Shown piece by piece: positions 1 through 8,635 of a stretch of DNA of 18,112 nucleotides. The notes under the pieces are model-generated. The model had not been told where the DNA came from. It saw nothing but the letters and a program-made list of their open reading frames with translations, and did not search any database. The translations under genes were made by a program, and so were the position numbers. Position 1 is the first letter of the stretch, and the number at the start of each line of letters is the position of its first letter. Source of the stretch: an uncultured Bacilli bacterium. Lineage in GTDB: Bacteria; Bacillota_I; Bacilli_A; RF39; UBA660. The stretch spans positions 1 to 18,112 of the forward strand of contig CANQQV010000025.1 of NCBI GenBank assembly GCA_947626095.1, read 5' to 3'.

Positions 1-111
1 TTTTTTTCTCGACAAAGCTTGTCTTTGTTTGTTATCTATAATTAATTAAAAACTGACATTTCTAAAAAATCTTAACAGTAATTATGGGTTGATGAAATTT
101 ATAACAAAACA

Positions 112-137
112 AAACTGATGAATTTAATCATCAGTTT
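112..137 (-). terminator. Intrinsic terminator of the large surface protein gene
   Basis: 10-bp inverted repeat AAACTGATGA (112-121) / TCATCAGTTT (128-137) overlaps the TAA stop and is followed on the minus strand by a T-rich tract. Confidence 0.7.
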
Positions 138-3100
138 ATGCTTTTTTAGCTTTTAAAATCATTTTTCTGATTGCATGAGCTATTAAACCTATTGATAAGA
201 CAATGATATTAATAATTATAATAACATATTTATCAAATATTTCACGAGCACCAGTATTTGGTGGAAGAATGTAATCAATTAAGGTTCGCTTATTAGTAAA
301 TTCTACTTCATTAATAGTTCCATATCTTGTTACACCTTTTTCACCTTTGTAAGTAACTGTATAACCTTCAAGTGGTTCTTCAGTAACTTCATAACTAACA
401 TTTTCTGGTAAAGCATTAGCATACTTAGTTTCTTTATTTTTTAAAGTAAAGTGAGCTACGCCATCTTTGAATGTTAAATCACCATATGTTCCATTGATGC
501 TTGAATCATCTAAAGTAATGGTAAATTTATATTCACGATTATAGTCAGCAGCTGGACCAGTAACAGTTTTAGTTATTTTAATACTAGCATATTTATTGAT
601 AAATTTAATTCGGTTAATTGATGATACATCATTTTTATATTCATTACCTAAAGATATATTTTCAGTTAAACCAGCAAATGTTGTACCTATTATATAGTCA
701 GTACTACTATTACTATTTGTTTCTTCTTGTAACTCATAATTTAGTATCTCTGGTAAATCTTTAACAACAATATATTCACCATTTTGTAAGCTAAAGCTAT
801 TATCACCGATAGTAAATGTACCTTCACCTATTTCTTCATCATTTTGGTTATACTTCTTATATTGATATTCTTTAGCATACATTTCATTTTCAACAGTGTT
901 TAAATGAAGATTGAAATCATAATTTTTAGAATTAATAATAGCTAAACCTCTTACTTCTTTTTCGATTCTTAAATCAAGAACACGTAAATTAGTAAAATCT
1001 ACTTTTTGTTGTTCACCAGCTACAATCGTTCCTGTATTTTCTTCAGAATAACTCTTATAGCCATCAGTAGATTGTTCAACTATTTCGTATGTTGTACCTT
1101 CTGGTAAGCCAGAAGTATATTTTGTTTCACCATGTTTTAAAGTAAAGGTTGCAACACCATCTTTAAATTCAAAGTCACCATATGTACCATTGATATTTTT
1201 ATTATTTAAGGTAATTGTGAAAGTAAATTCTTTGTCTTTATCATCATCTCTGACATTATTAACTTCTTTAGTTATATCAATGCCACCATAGTTGTTAGTA
1301 AATTTAATGTAATTAACATATGGTGTTTGAGCAGTAACTTTATGACCATCAATTTCAGTTTCATAGACATCTTCTACATCTAGACCACTAGTTGAAATAG
1401 TTACTTTAGTAGCTTTTGGATTGATTTCTTCGATAGTTACTTTAGTTCCTGCTTCAACATCGTGTAAAACAATATATTCACCAGCTTTTAAAGTAAAGGT
1501 ATCACCATCATTAAGTGTATTACTTGGAGTTGATTCCTCAGGGTTTTCAGTATCTGGTTTAATTTCTTGTTTGTCTTTATCATATTTTGTGTAACTATAT
1601 GTCTTTTTAATATCGGCATTTTCGACATCACTAGTGAAATTGATGCGGAAAGTATATTCTTGGTCTTTAGTTGCTTCTTTACCTTCGACTTCTTTTTCAA
1701 TACGAATATCGCCAGTAGTGTAATTTATGAAGACAACTTCGTTTGTTTCTCCTAATTTTAATGTGCCTGTATCATTTGTCTTAATTGTTTGGAATCCTTC
1801 TTGATTATTTTCGGTAACCGTATATGTTGTACCTTCTGGTAAGCCGGAAGCAATTTTAATTTCTTCATTAGTTAATTCAAATTCAGCTTTACCATTAGTG
1901 AATTCCATATCACCATATTTACCATTTATTTCTTCATTGCCAGTTAAAGTAACAGTAAATTTAAATTTCTTTTTCATTTCTTCTGGTTTTCCTAAGATAA
2001 TCTTTTTAACAGATAGAGATGCGTATTTATTATTGAATTTAATATAATTATTTTCATTAATACTTACGGTTATTTCTTTACCATCTGTTTCATCTTCATC
2101 TAAGCCATTTTTAATAGTTCCTTTTTGCGTAGTGACTTTTGTAACTTTATCAATATTCTCAGTTACTTTTACTTGGGCATTATCTGGTAAGCCTTCAATA
2201 ATTACATATTCACTACCTTTTAAATTAAATGATTCATTACTCTTAATAGTTTTATCTTGTTCTATTATATTATTATCTTTGTCATACTTAATATATTTAT
2301 ATTCTTCTGGATAACCAGTTTCAGGGTTATTAAGTACAAAGGTAAATTGATATAAAGTATCTTTATCAGCTACTGTACCAATTATTTCTTTTTCTACTTT
2401 AAGACGTTTAGTAAGGTAGTTGTAGAATTTTACGGTAGTTATTGTTTGAGATTCTATTGTACCAGTAGCATTTTCACTAGTAGCTGAGTAGTCATCTTCA
2501 GCTTGTTCTTCTACTTTATAACCAGCATTTTCTGGTAAACCATAAGCTGTTTTACTTTGATTATGTTTTAAAGTAAAGGTAGCAATACCATTTTTGAATG
2601 ACATTTCACCAAAAGTACCATTAATATCTTTATTATCTAATGTAACAGTAAAGACAAATTCTTTTTCGTGATCACCATTAGTACCAATTACTGATTTATG
2701 AACAGTTAAGCCAGCATAGGAATTAACAAATTTAATATAGTTATTAGTAGATAAGTTATCATTAACTGTTTGGCCATCAGTACTATTACTCTCAATTGAT
2801 TCACTATTTGTTTCTATTTGACCTTTAAAGTAATATACTTTACTAGCTCCAGAATCTTTTTCTTTTAATTCATAAGCTGTTCCATCAGGTAAATCTTCAA
2901 TTACGATATATTCACCAGATTTTAAACTGAAAGTCAATTCAGAAGATAAAGTGAATTTAGAACTACTTGATTCAATTTCTTTATTGTCTTTGTCATATTT
3001 CTTATATGTTGCTGTTTCATTTTTTAGATGTTCATCTAAATCTTTTAATGTAAGAGTAAATTCATAATCTTTACTTACTGATTCAGGTAAACCTAAAGCT

Positions 3101-6100
3101 TCTTTTTCAACTTTTAGCTTAGTAGTTTTGTAGTTGTAGAATTCAACAACGTTGATATCTTCATAACTAGTTGTACCAGTATCACCAACTTTAATAGTCT
3201 TATATCCTTCTTCAGTATCTTCAGTAATAGTATAGGTAGTATTTTCAGGTAATGATGAAGTTTGTTTTGTTTCACCATTTGTTAAGGTAAATTTAGCAAC
3301 ACCATTTGTAAATTCAAAGTCACCATGTTTACCAGTAACACTGGTATCTCCTAAAGTCATAGTAAAGTTGAATGTTTTATCTTTATCAGTAGTACCAATT
3401 ACTTTTTTAGTAATAGTTAATCCTGAATAAGAATTAGTAAATCTAATATAATTATTTGTATCTATTTTTTCTTGGTCGATTTTTGTACCATCAAATTCTT
3501 CAGTACAACTTGTTTGATTTAAAGATTTACAGTAAGTTGTTTTACTAGTTTCAGCTTCTAACTCTTCTATAGTATAAGTGGTTGAGGTAGGTAGTCCTTC
3601 AATGACAATATATTCGCCATCTTTTAAGGTAATTTCACCACCAGTACTAGGAATCGTTTTAGTTGCTGTTTCGGTAGTTTGTCCATTTTTGTATACTTTA
3701 TAATTATAGTTATCTTCTCTAATACGTTCATCAATATTTAGATCGATTTTAAATTTGTAATTTTCTGCGCCTTTACCAATAACTTTTTTCTCAAGTTTCA
3801 AGTTCTTTTCGTAGTAGTTGTAAATTTCAACTTCATGTATTGTTCCGTACGCTGTTTCACCAGTAGCGTTTACTTTTTTTACTTTTAATTCGCCATCTTC
3901 TTCTTTTTCAATTTCTTCTACGGTATATTGTATTTTTTCTGGTAAGTTTGCTGCTGATATACTGCCACCACTCTTTAATTTGAAAGTAGCAACACCATTA
4001 GTAAATTCCATATCGCCATATTTACCATTAATCGTTTTATCACTTAGAGTAACGGTAAAATCAAATTCTTTATCATTAAATACTTCACCAAAGGCTGTTT
4101 TTGTAACTATTATACCAGTATAGGAATTGAAGAATTGAACGTAGTTTGCGTTTGCAATAGAGCATTCTACTACTCGTCCTTCTTTTTCTTCATCAAGGTG
4201 ATCATGCGTTCCTTCTCGATGCGTTGTTTTTACAGAAATCCTTCTGTTAGGTTTTATTTCGCCTTCACCGACAGGCCGCTCCTCTTCCTCTATTTTAAAA
4301 CTTATTGTGTCCGGAACACCATATAAGACTAAATATTGATTATTTGCAAGTTCAAATTCCTTGTTACTTGTATCAAAAATGCCACTAGATACTTCTGTAC
4401 CTCCATCTTCTGTTTCGTCTCTGTTAAATATTTTATAAATATATAAATCTTCGTTATCCTTTAATTCTTCTGAATTTTGAACTTTTTCTTGTAATTCAAT
4501 TTTAAATTTATATTTTTCATCTTTTTTTGGCTCGATACCTTTAACTTCTTTACCAATAATTAAAGTACTTGCATCTTGATTTTGTGTTTTAACTGCATCA
4601 AGTGGAATAGTAAAACGCATATATAATGTTGAACCACTAGCACCACGTTCAGTATAGAAGAAATACAACTTATATTTTTTTGAGGATTTATTAAGGTTTC
4701 CATTCTCATCTGTGTAAGGTATTTTTTCAACATAATCCCATAAATTAACATATTGACCAACTGAGCTATGAACACCACCGATATCAGCGATTTGAACAAC
4801 GCTTCCGTCTGGTTTTTCTAAAAATAACCAGAAGTCATCATCACCAAAGAAGAAGAAGTCTAATGGTGAACTATATCCTGGATCAATAGTAAATTCTGAT
4901 TGGAATGAAAGACCAAAGTATGGATTGTGATCTTCTCCACAATCGGAGGTTGGTAGATAACTTCTTATATTATTTGTAGCACCAAAGTATCTTCTTTTAG
5001 TTTGCAAACTTGACGAACCGAATTTCATATCATTACCATTTGATCCCCAAGAATCAGCTAAGTCCATCGGCCAGAATTCGTTAGAATATATTGTTTTAGA
5101 TTTATTTTGATATGTTATTTTAAAATTTTCTAAATCATCTAACGATTTTTTCTCATTATTATTCGATTTGTTATTTTTAACTTCACTTAAAATAAATGTT
5201 CCGCCGACACGATCAAATATCATACTAAATTGATCATCCGTATAGCTGACTTTACCTTTTGTTTCTTTTTTACCAAATAAGTCTGGTCCAGTTATTCCTT
5301 CATTCCAGATTGGTGTATGTTCATCGCTTAGTTGATTACTTTTTACTAAACCATATGAGGATCCACTTGGATTTTTACTATTAAAACGGTTAATATAGTA
5401 TTCACCATGTTTTTCATCACCACGATTACTACCAGCATTAGTATTACCAAAAGCATATTTAGCACCAGATCCAGAATAATTGTCTGCTGAATTTATACCT
5501 GCTTCTTTAGTATAAGCATACCAATCTTGGCTGTCATTTTGACTAGATGTGTTTTTTGGATCACTTTGAGAATTTGTAGTATAAATATTTCCGTCGGAGA
5601 TATTGTAATCAAAGAAATTAACGTCAGTTTTTTCATATTCTTTGGTCTCTACAGTTTCGTAAACTAAACGAATTACAGAGTTTTCTTTAATTAAAATAGT
5701 ATATCCGTCATTTGAACTAGTGATTGTTCCATCTTCCTTTTTACTAATATTGCTGTTGTGTTCATTATTAGTAAACATTATAGCATCTGGATTATGTTTT
5801 GTTCCATCAGCTTTAGGAACTTTGTATATATCCCAATCGTTTTGATTTGTACTAGTTTTATCAGTTTCACTGTCTTTACTATCTTTTAAAACCCATACTT
5901 CACTTAATGTATAATTCTCATTATAATCATCCATATTGTTATATAAACGGTCCATATATTTCATACGAGGATTAGTTTGATAGTCAGTTTCTTCATCTTG
6001 AAATAATGGAACTAATACTTTTTTTGTTTTAATTTTATACTTTTCACCTTCAACAAGTGTTTTTGTTTTTGATTCTATTTTTTCCAACAATATGCACTTT

Positions 6101-6429
6101 GATGTTTCATGCTCATTAGTTGGTAGCTTGCCACCATTTTTAGCACCTGTTCCACCATTTGAAGTGTCTACAACACTAAGATGTGGTTCTGTTTTATTAC
6201 AGTTTTCTTCAGATAAGTCGATATCATTAAAATAGAAATAATGTTGTAAGGTGAATTTAGGATTAACTATTCTTTCATCTTGTTCAGTATCATTAACTAG
6301 GTTTTCATTAGAAAAAGCAGCATTAAATGCTATAATGCCGGTAATAATTAAAACTAAACTAATAGTGACAAAAAAGTAATTTTTAATGTACTTGTTTGTC
6401 TTTATTGATGAATCAAAAATACTTTCCAT
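136..6429 (-). CDS. Large cell-surface adhesin-like protein (2097 aa) with N-terminal signal/TM segment, fibro-slime/PA14-like domain, 12 CnaB/pilin-like repeats and an LPXTG-like anchor
   Basis: Hydrophobic N-terminus (YFFVTISLVLIITGIIAF). Fibro-slime-type motifs FFFFGDDDFWLF, DIGGVH and LYFFYTERG at about 4600-4870. Repeated beta-rich domains. C-terminal LPPNTG, hydrophobic stretch and basic tail (RKMILKAKKA). Confidence 0.85.
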   Translation of the reverse strand: MESIFDSSIKTNKYIKNYFFVTISLVLIITGIIAFNAAFSNENLVNDTEQDERIVNPKFTLQHYFYFNDIDLSEENCNKTEPHLSVVDTSNGGTGAKNGGKLPTNEHETSKCILLEKIESKTKTLVEGEKYKIKTKKVLVPLFQDEETDYQTNPRMKYMDRLYNNMDDYNENYTLSEVWVLKDSKDSETDKTSTNQNDWDIYKVPKADGTKHNPDAIMFTNNEHNSNISKKEDGTITSSNDGYTILIKENSVIRLVYETVETKEYEKTDVNFFDYNISDGNIYTTNSQSDPKNTSSQNDSQDWYAYTKEAGINSADNYSGSGAKYAFGNTNAGSNRGDEKHGEYYINRFNSKNPSGSSYGLVKSNQLSDEHTPIWNEGITGPDLFGKKETKGKVSYTDDQFSMIFDRVGGTFILSEVKNNKSNNNEKKSLDDLENFKITYQNKSKTIYSNEFWPMDLADSWGSNGNDMKFGSSSLQTKRRYFGATNNIRSYLPTSDCGEDHNPYFGLSFQSEFTIDPGYSSPLDFFFFGDDDFWLFLEKPDGSVVQIADIGGVHSSVGQYVNLWDYVEKIPYTDENGNLNKSSKKYKLYFFYTERGASGSTLYMRFTIPLDAVKTQNQDASTLIIGKEVKGIEPKKDEKYKFKIELQEKVQNSEELKDNEDLYIYKIFNRDETEDGGTEVSSGIFDTSNKEFELANNQYLVLYGVPDTISFKIEEEERPVGEGEIKPNRRISVKTTHREGTHDHLDEEKEGRVVECSIANANYVQFFNSYTGIIVTKTAFGEVFNDKEFDFTVTLSDKTINGKYGDMEFTNGVATFKLKSGGSISAANLPEKIQYTVEEIEKEEDGELKVKKVNATGETAYGTIHEVEIYNYYEKNLKLEKKVIGKGAENYKFKIDLNIDERIREDNYNYKVYKNGQTTETATKTIPSTGGEITLKDGEYIVIEGLPTSTTYTIEELEAETSKTTYCKSLNQTSCTEEFDGTKIDQEKIDTNNYIRFTNSYSGLTITKKVIGTTDKDKTFNFTMTLGDTSVTGKHGDFEFTNGVAKFTLTNGETKQTSSLPENTTYTITEDTEEGYKTIKVGDTGTTSYEDINVVEFYNYKTTKLKVEKEALGLPESVSKDYEFTLTLKDLDEHLKNETATYKKYDKDNKEIESSSSKFTLSSELTFSLKSGEYIVIEDLPDGTAYELKEKDSGASKVYYFKGQIETNSESIESNSTDGQTVNDNLSTNNYIKFVNSYAGLTVHKSVIGTNGDHEKEFVFTVTLDNKDINGTFGEMSFKNGIATFTLKHNQSKTAYGLPENAGYKVEEQAEDDYSATSENATGTIESQTITTVKFYNYLTKRLKVEKEIIGTVADKDTLYQFTFVLNNPETGYPEEYKYIKYDKDNNIIEQDKTIKSNESFNLKGSEYVIIEGLPDNAQVKVTENIDKVTKVTTQKGTIKNGLDEDETDGKEITVSINENNYIKFNNKYASLSVKKIILGKPEEMKKKFKFTVTLTGNEEINGKYGDMEFTNGKAEFELTNEEIKIASGLPEGTTYTVTENNQEGFQTIKTNDTGTLKLGETNEVVFINYTTGDIRIEKEVEGKEATKDQEYTFRINFTSDVENADIKKTYSYTKYDKDKQEIKPDTENPEESTPSNTLNDGDTFTLKAGEYIVLHDVEAGTKVTIEEINPKATKVTISTSGLDVEDVYETEIDGHKVTAQTPYVNYIKFTNNYGGIDITKEVNNVRDDDKDKEFTFTITLNNKNINGTYGDFEFKDGVATFTLKHGETKYTSGLPEGTTYEIVEQSTDGYKSYSEENTGTIVAGEQQKVDFTNLRVLDLRIEKEVRGLAIINSKNYDFNLHLNTVENEMYAKEYQYKKYNQNDEEIGEGTFTIGDNSFSLQNGEYIVVKDLPEILNYELQEETNSNSSTDYIIGTTFAGLTENISLGNEYKNDVSSINRIKFINKYASIKITKTVTGPAADYNREYKFTITLDDSSINGTYGDLTFKDGVAHFTLKNKETKYANALPENVSYEVTEEPLEGYTVTYKGEKGVTRYGTINEVEFTNKRTLIDYILPPNTGAREIFDKYVIIIINIIVLSIGLIAHAIRKMILKAKKA
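287..4567 (-). repeat. Six tandem A-B pairs of diverged intragenic domain repeats
   Basis: Type A: LxxxKxVxG...GEYxxIxxLP...NYIKFxNxY. Type B: xxTKxVxG...FxFTVTL...INGxYGDxxFxxGVAxFxL...LPE...VxFxN. An exact 23-bp DNA repeat TATGTTGTACCTTCTGGTAAGCC occurs at 1088-1110 and 1823-1845. Confidence 0.9.
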
Positions 6430-6453
6430 TTACTACCTTACCTACTCTAAACA

Positions 6454-6482
6454 ATTATATCACTTAAGTAGGTTATTAACAA
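6454..6482 (-). promoter_or_regulatory. SigA-type promoter of the surface protein gene
   Basis: Minus strand reads TTGTTA-17 bp-TATAAT with an extended TG motif (TGATATAAT). Confidence 0.7.
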
Positions 6483-6513
6483 GGAAAATACCTTTTTTTA
6501 TAACTCTAATTAT

Positions 6514-6535
6514 AAAAAAATCCCTAAGATAGGGA
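6514..6535 (-). terminator. Intrinsic terminator after the DUF3419-like gene
   Basis: Stem TCCCTA/TAGGGA (6521-6535) followed by T7 on the minus strand. Confidence 0.7.
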
Positions 6536-6545
6536 CTTTAACAAA

Positions 6546-7511
6546 TTAATTTTTTTTAGTGAGTTTATAAGTTAAAACTATATCAGTATCGAATTGATGT
6601 TCATCATTTTTTTCTTCTTTATTTTTACAAGGTATTTCATGAGCATCAAATAGGACACAATTATAAAATAAATCTGTAGAATTATCGATGGTATCATTTG
6701 AACGATAGCTTAGCATGACAGTACTATTTTTATGGCCGGCTTTAAATATGCTATTTTCAGCTCTTTCTAATAATTCTGATTCAATATGATCTTCAAGGCC
6801 AAAACTAGAATATGGATAGCTTTGCATGGTACTTGCAACCATTGATTCGAGAATATTAGATAAATATATTATATCGTATTTGCTAGTAAAAGTTGAAGCT
6901 ATATCAAAAACATCACAGCTATTAAATAAGGGATAATCTCTTTGACGAAGTAATGCTTGAAGTTTATAGTATTCCGCTTCTTCGGCATAGAATGGCATTC
7001 CAGTTTTAATCATTGGAACATGATTACAATATGATGTAGGAACTATAAAGTTACCATAACCTTTTTTGTTATATTCGTACATTATATTTTCCCAAAAGTA
7101 TCCAACATCGTTTGGTAAGGAAGGAAGTAAACGTTTTAAAGTTTTTAAGTTCCAAAAGTTCTTACGTTCTTTACCATCAATAGTTAGGGGAAAAAAGAAG
7201 CTTTGAAAATCTTTATAACTAAGAGTTTTAATAGCAGCTATTTTAAGGAATGAAATATATTTTGTAAGTTTGTTAATGTCGTATAAATCTACTTTATTAG
7301 CTCCGTAGTAGATGGCACCTAGATATTGATCTCCACTTGAAGCAACGGTTATAACATCTTTATCAGCATAATTAATTATATCATTGATACCTTGTTGATT
7401 TTCTGTACTATATAAGAAACAAGTATTATATGGTGAATAACTGTATGAAACATGATATGGTTGATTGATTAAATTTATTGCTTGTTTAATATCTTTGTTA
7501 TTAACTTGCAT
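6546..7511 (-). CDS. DUF3419/BtaA-like class I SAM-dependent transferase
   Basis: Motifs STEN, VITVASSGDQ, VDLYDIN, LKIAA and YDIIYLSNI fit a Rossmann SAM-binding fold of the DUF3419 type. ATG at 7511 is preferred over TTG at 7514 because AGGAGG lies 7 nt upstream. Confidence 0.6.
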   Translation of the reverse strand: MQVNNKDIKQAINLINQPYHVSYSYSPYNTCFLYSTENQQGINDIINYADKDVITVASSGDQYLGAIYYGANKVDLYDINKLTKYISFLKIAAIKTLSYKDFQSFFFPLTIDGKERKNFWNLKTLKRLLPSLPNDVGYFWENIMYEYNKKGYGNFIVPTSYCNHVPMIKTGMPFYAEEAEYYKLQALLRQRDYPLFNSCDVFDIASTFTSKYDIIYLSNILESMVASTMQSYPYSSFGLEDHIESELLERAENSIFKAGHKNSTVMLSYRSNDTIDNSTDLFYNCVLFDAHEIPCKNKEEKNDEHQFDTDIVLTYKLTKKN

Positions 7512-7537
7512 CAATATACCTCCTTTAAAGTAGTAGT

Positions 7538-7566
7538 ATTATATGAAATACTTAATTTTTTGTCAA
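7538..7566 (-). promoter_or_regulatory. Perfect consensus SigA promoter
   Basis: Minus strand reads TTGACA (7566-7561)-17 bp-TATAAT (7543-7538). Confidence 0.9.
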
Positions 7567-7575
7567 AAATTGCAT

Positions 7576-7603
7576 AAAAAAATACTTTATAAAAAGTATT
7601 TTT
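7576..7603 (-). terminator. AT-rich intrinsic terminator of nusG
   Basis: AAAAATACTTT / AAAGTATTTTT inverted repeat overlapping the stop codon. Confidence 0.55.
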
Positions 7604-8138
7604 ATTGTAGTTTATTAACTTGGAATAATTCAACTTCAACTGGTGTTTCTTGACCAAATAAGTCGATTAAAACATTTAAACGATTATTTTCAATATCAAC
7701 ACTATCAATAACTCCGTTCATTCCTTTGAATGGTCCATCAACGATTGTTACTTTATCGCCAACATTCATTTCTGATTCAATGTTAACACGGCTCATACCC
7801 ATTGAAGCTAAAATACGATCTATTTCTTGAGGCATTAAAGGTGTTGGTTTAGCTTTGTGACCAGATGATCCGATAAATCCAGTTACACCTGGAGTATTAC
7901 GAACAATATACCAAGCTTCATCAGACATAATCATTTCAACTAGAACATAACCAGGAAACATCTTTTTTACTTTTTCTTTTTTAACACCGTCTTTTACTTC
8001 TACTTCAGTAGTTTCAGGAATAATTACTCTAAATATGTTATCTTGCATACCCATTGAGATAGCTCTTTGTTCAAGCTTCTCTTTTACTTTAGACTCATGT
8101 CCACTATAAGTATTAACAACATACCATTCTTTTTCCAT
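7602..8138 (-). CDS. nusG: Transcription elongation factor NusG
   Basis: WYVVNTYSGHE, KKMFPGYVLVEM, VRNTPGVTGF, KOW motif IVDGPFKG and LFGQETPVEV. Start placed at MEKEWY (8138), which overlaps the secE stop as TAATG. Confidence 0.98.
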   Translation of the reverse strand: MEKEWYVVNTYSGHESKVKEKLEQRAISMGMQDNIFRVIIPETTEVEVKDGVKKEKVKKMFPGYVLVEMIMSDEAWYIVRNTPGVTGFIGSSGHKAKPTPLMPQEIDRILASMGMSRVNIESEMNVGDKVTIVDGPFKGMNGVIDSVDIENNRLNVLIDLFGQETPVEVELFQVNKLQ

Positions 8139-8581
8139 TATGATAACCATCCCTTCAAGAATGCAGCAAGTAGTTCAACAGCTTCAAAGAATAAACAAAG
8201 GATTACACAGAATAAAATTACAGCAATTGAATATTTTAATATTTCTGATCCTTTAGGCCATACTACTTTCTTTAGTTCTTTACCAACTAAATCGAAGTAC
8301 CCTTCTTTCTTTTTTGTACTTTTTTTCTTCTTACCCTTTTTATCTGTTTTTACTTCAGCGTAGTCATCATCTTCGTTTTCATCTTCATCGGTAACGTCTT
8401 CATATTCGTCATCTTCAGATTCGAAATCTTCGTCTTCTTCAACTTCTTCAACTACGTCTTCTTCGACTTCTTCTAGTTCTTCTTCTTTTTCTTCTACTTC
8501 TTCAAGTTCTTCTTTAACTTTTTTAGCTTTTGTTTTAATTTTTGTTTCTTCAACATCTTTAATATTTTTTTTCTTTGCCAT
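8138..8581 (-). CDS. secE: Preprotein translocase subunit SecE with a long charged N-terminal extension
   Basis: ELKKVVWP motif followed by one TM helix, directly upstream of nusG. RBS GAGGTG precedes the ATG. Confidence 0.92.
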   Translation of the reverse strand: MAKKKNIKDVEETKIKTKAKKVKEELEEVEEKEEELEEVEEDVVEEVEEDEDFESEDDEYEDVTDEDENEDDDYAEVKTDKKGKKKKSTKKKEGYFDLVGKELKKVVWPKGSEILKYSIAVILFCVILCLFFEAVELLAAFLKGWLS

Positions 8582-8635
8582 AAGCCCACCTCATAATTTT
8601 TTGTATTAAAAAAACACCTTTTCGTGTTCAAATAG

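Noticed and set aside
11-33. Short overlapping inverted repeats GACAA/TTGTC and ACAAAG/CTTTGT at the window start, considered as the partner of the IS-like end at 18042
   Set aside because: Only GACAAA is shared, which is too short. It may be a weak terminator for a gene outside the window.
287-4567. Repeats in the adhesin considered as a CRISPR array, DGR template/variable repeats or shufflon cassettes
   Set aside because: The repeats are in-frame, strongly diverged protein domains. There is no spacer structure, no near-identical template pair, and no reverse transcriptase or recombinase in the window.
1488-4799. Short ORFs 1488-1700, 1567-1755, 2132-2314, 4135-4326 and 4560-4799
   Set aside because: All lie wholly inside the 2097-aa gene in shifted or antisense frames, with no recognisable motifs.
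8067-8363. 98-aa plus-strand ORF
   Set aside because: It is antisense to secE-nusG, and its Phe-rich run simply mirrors the Lys codons of secE.
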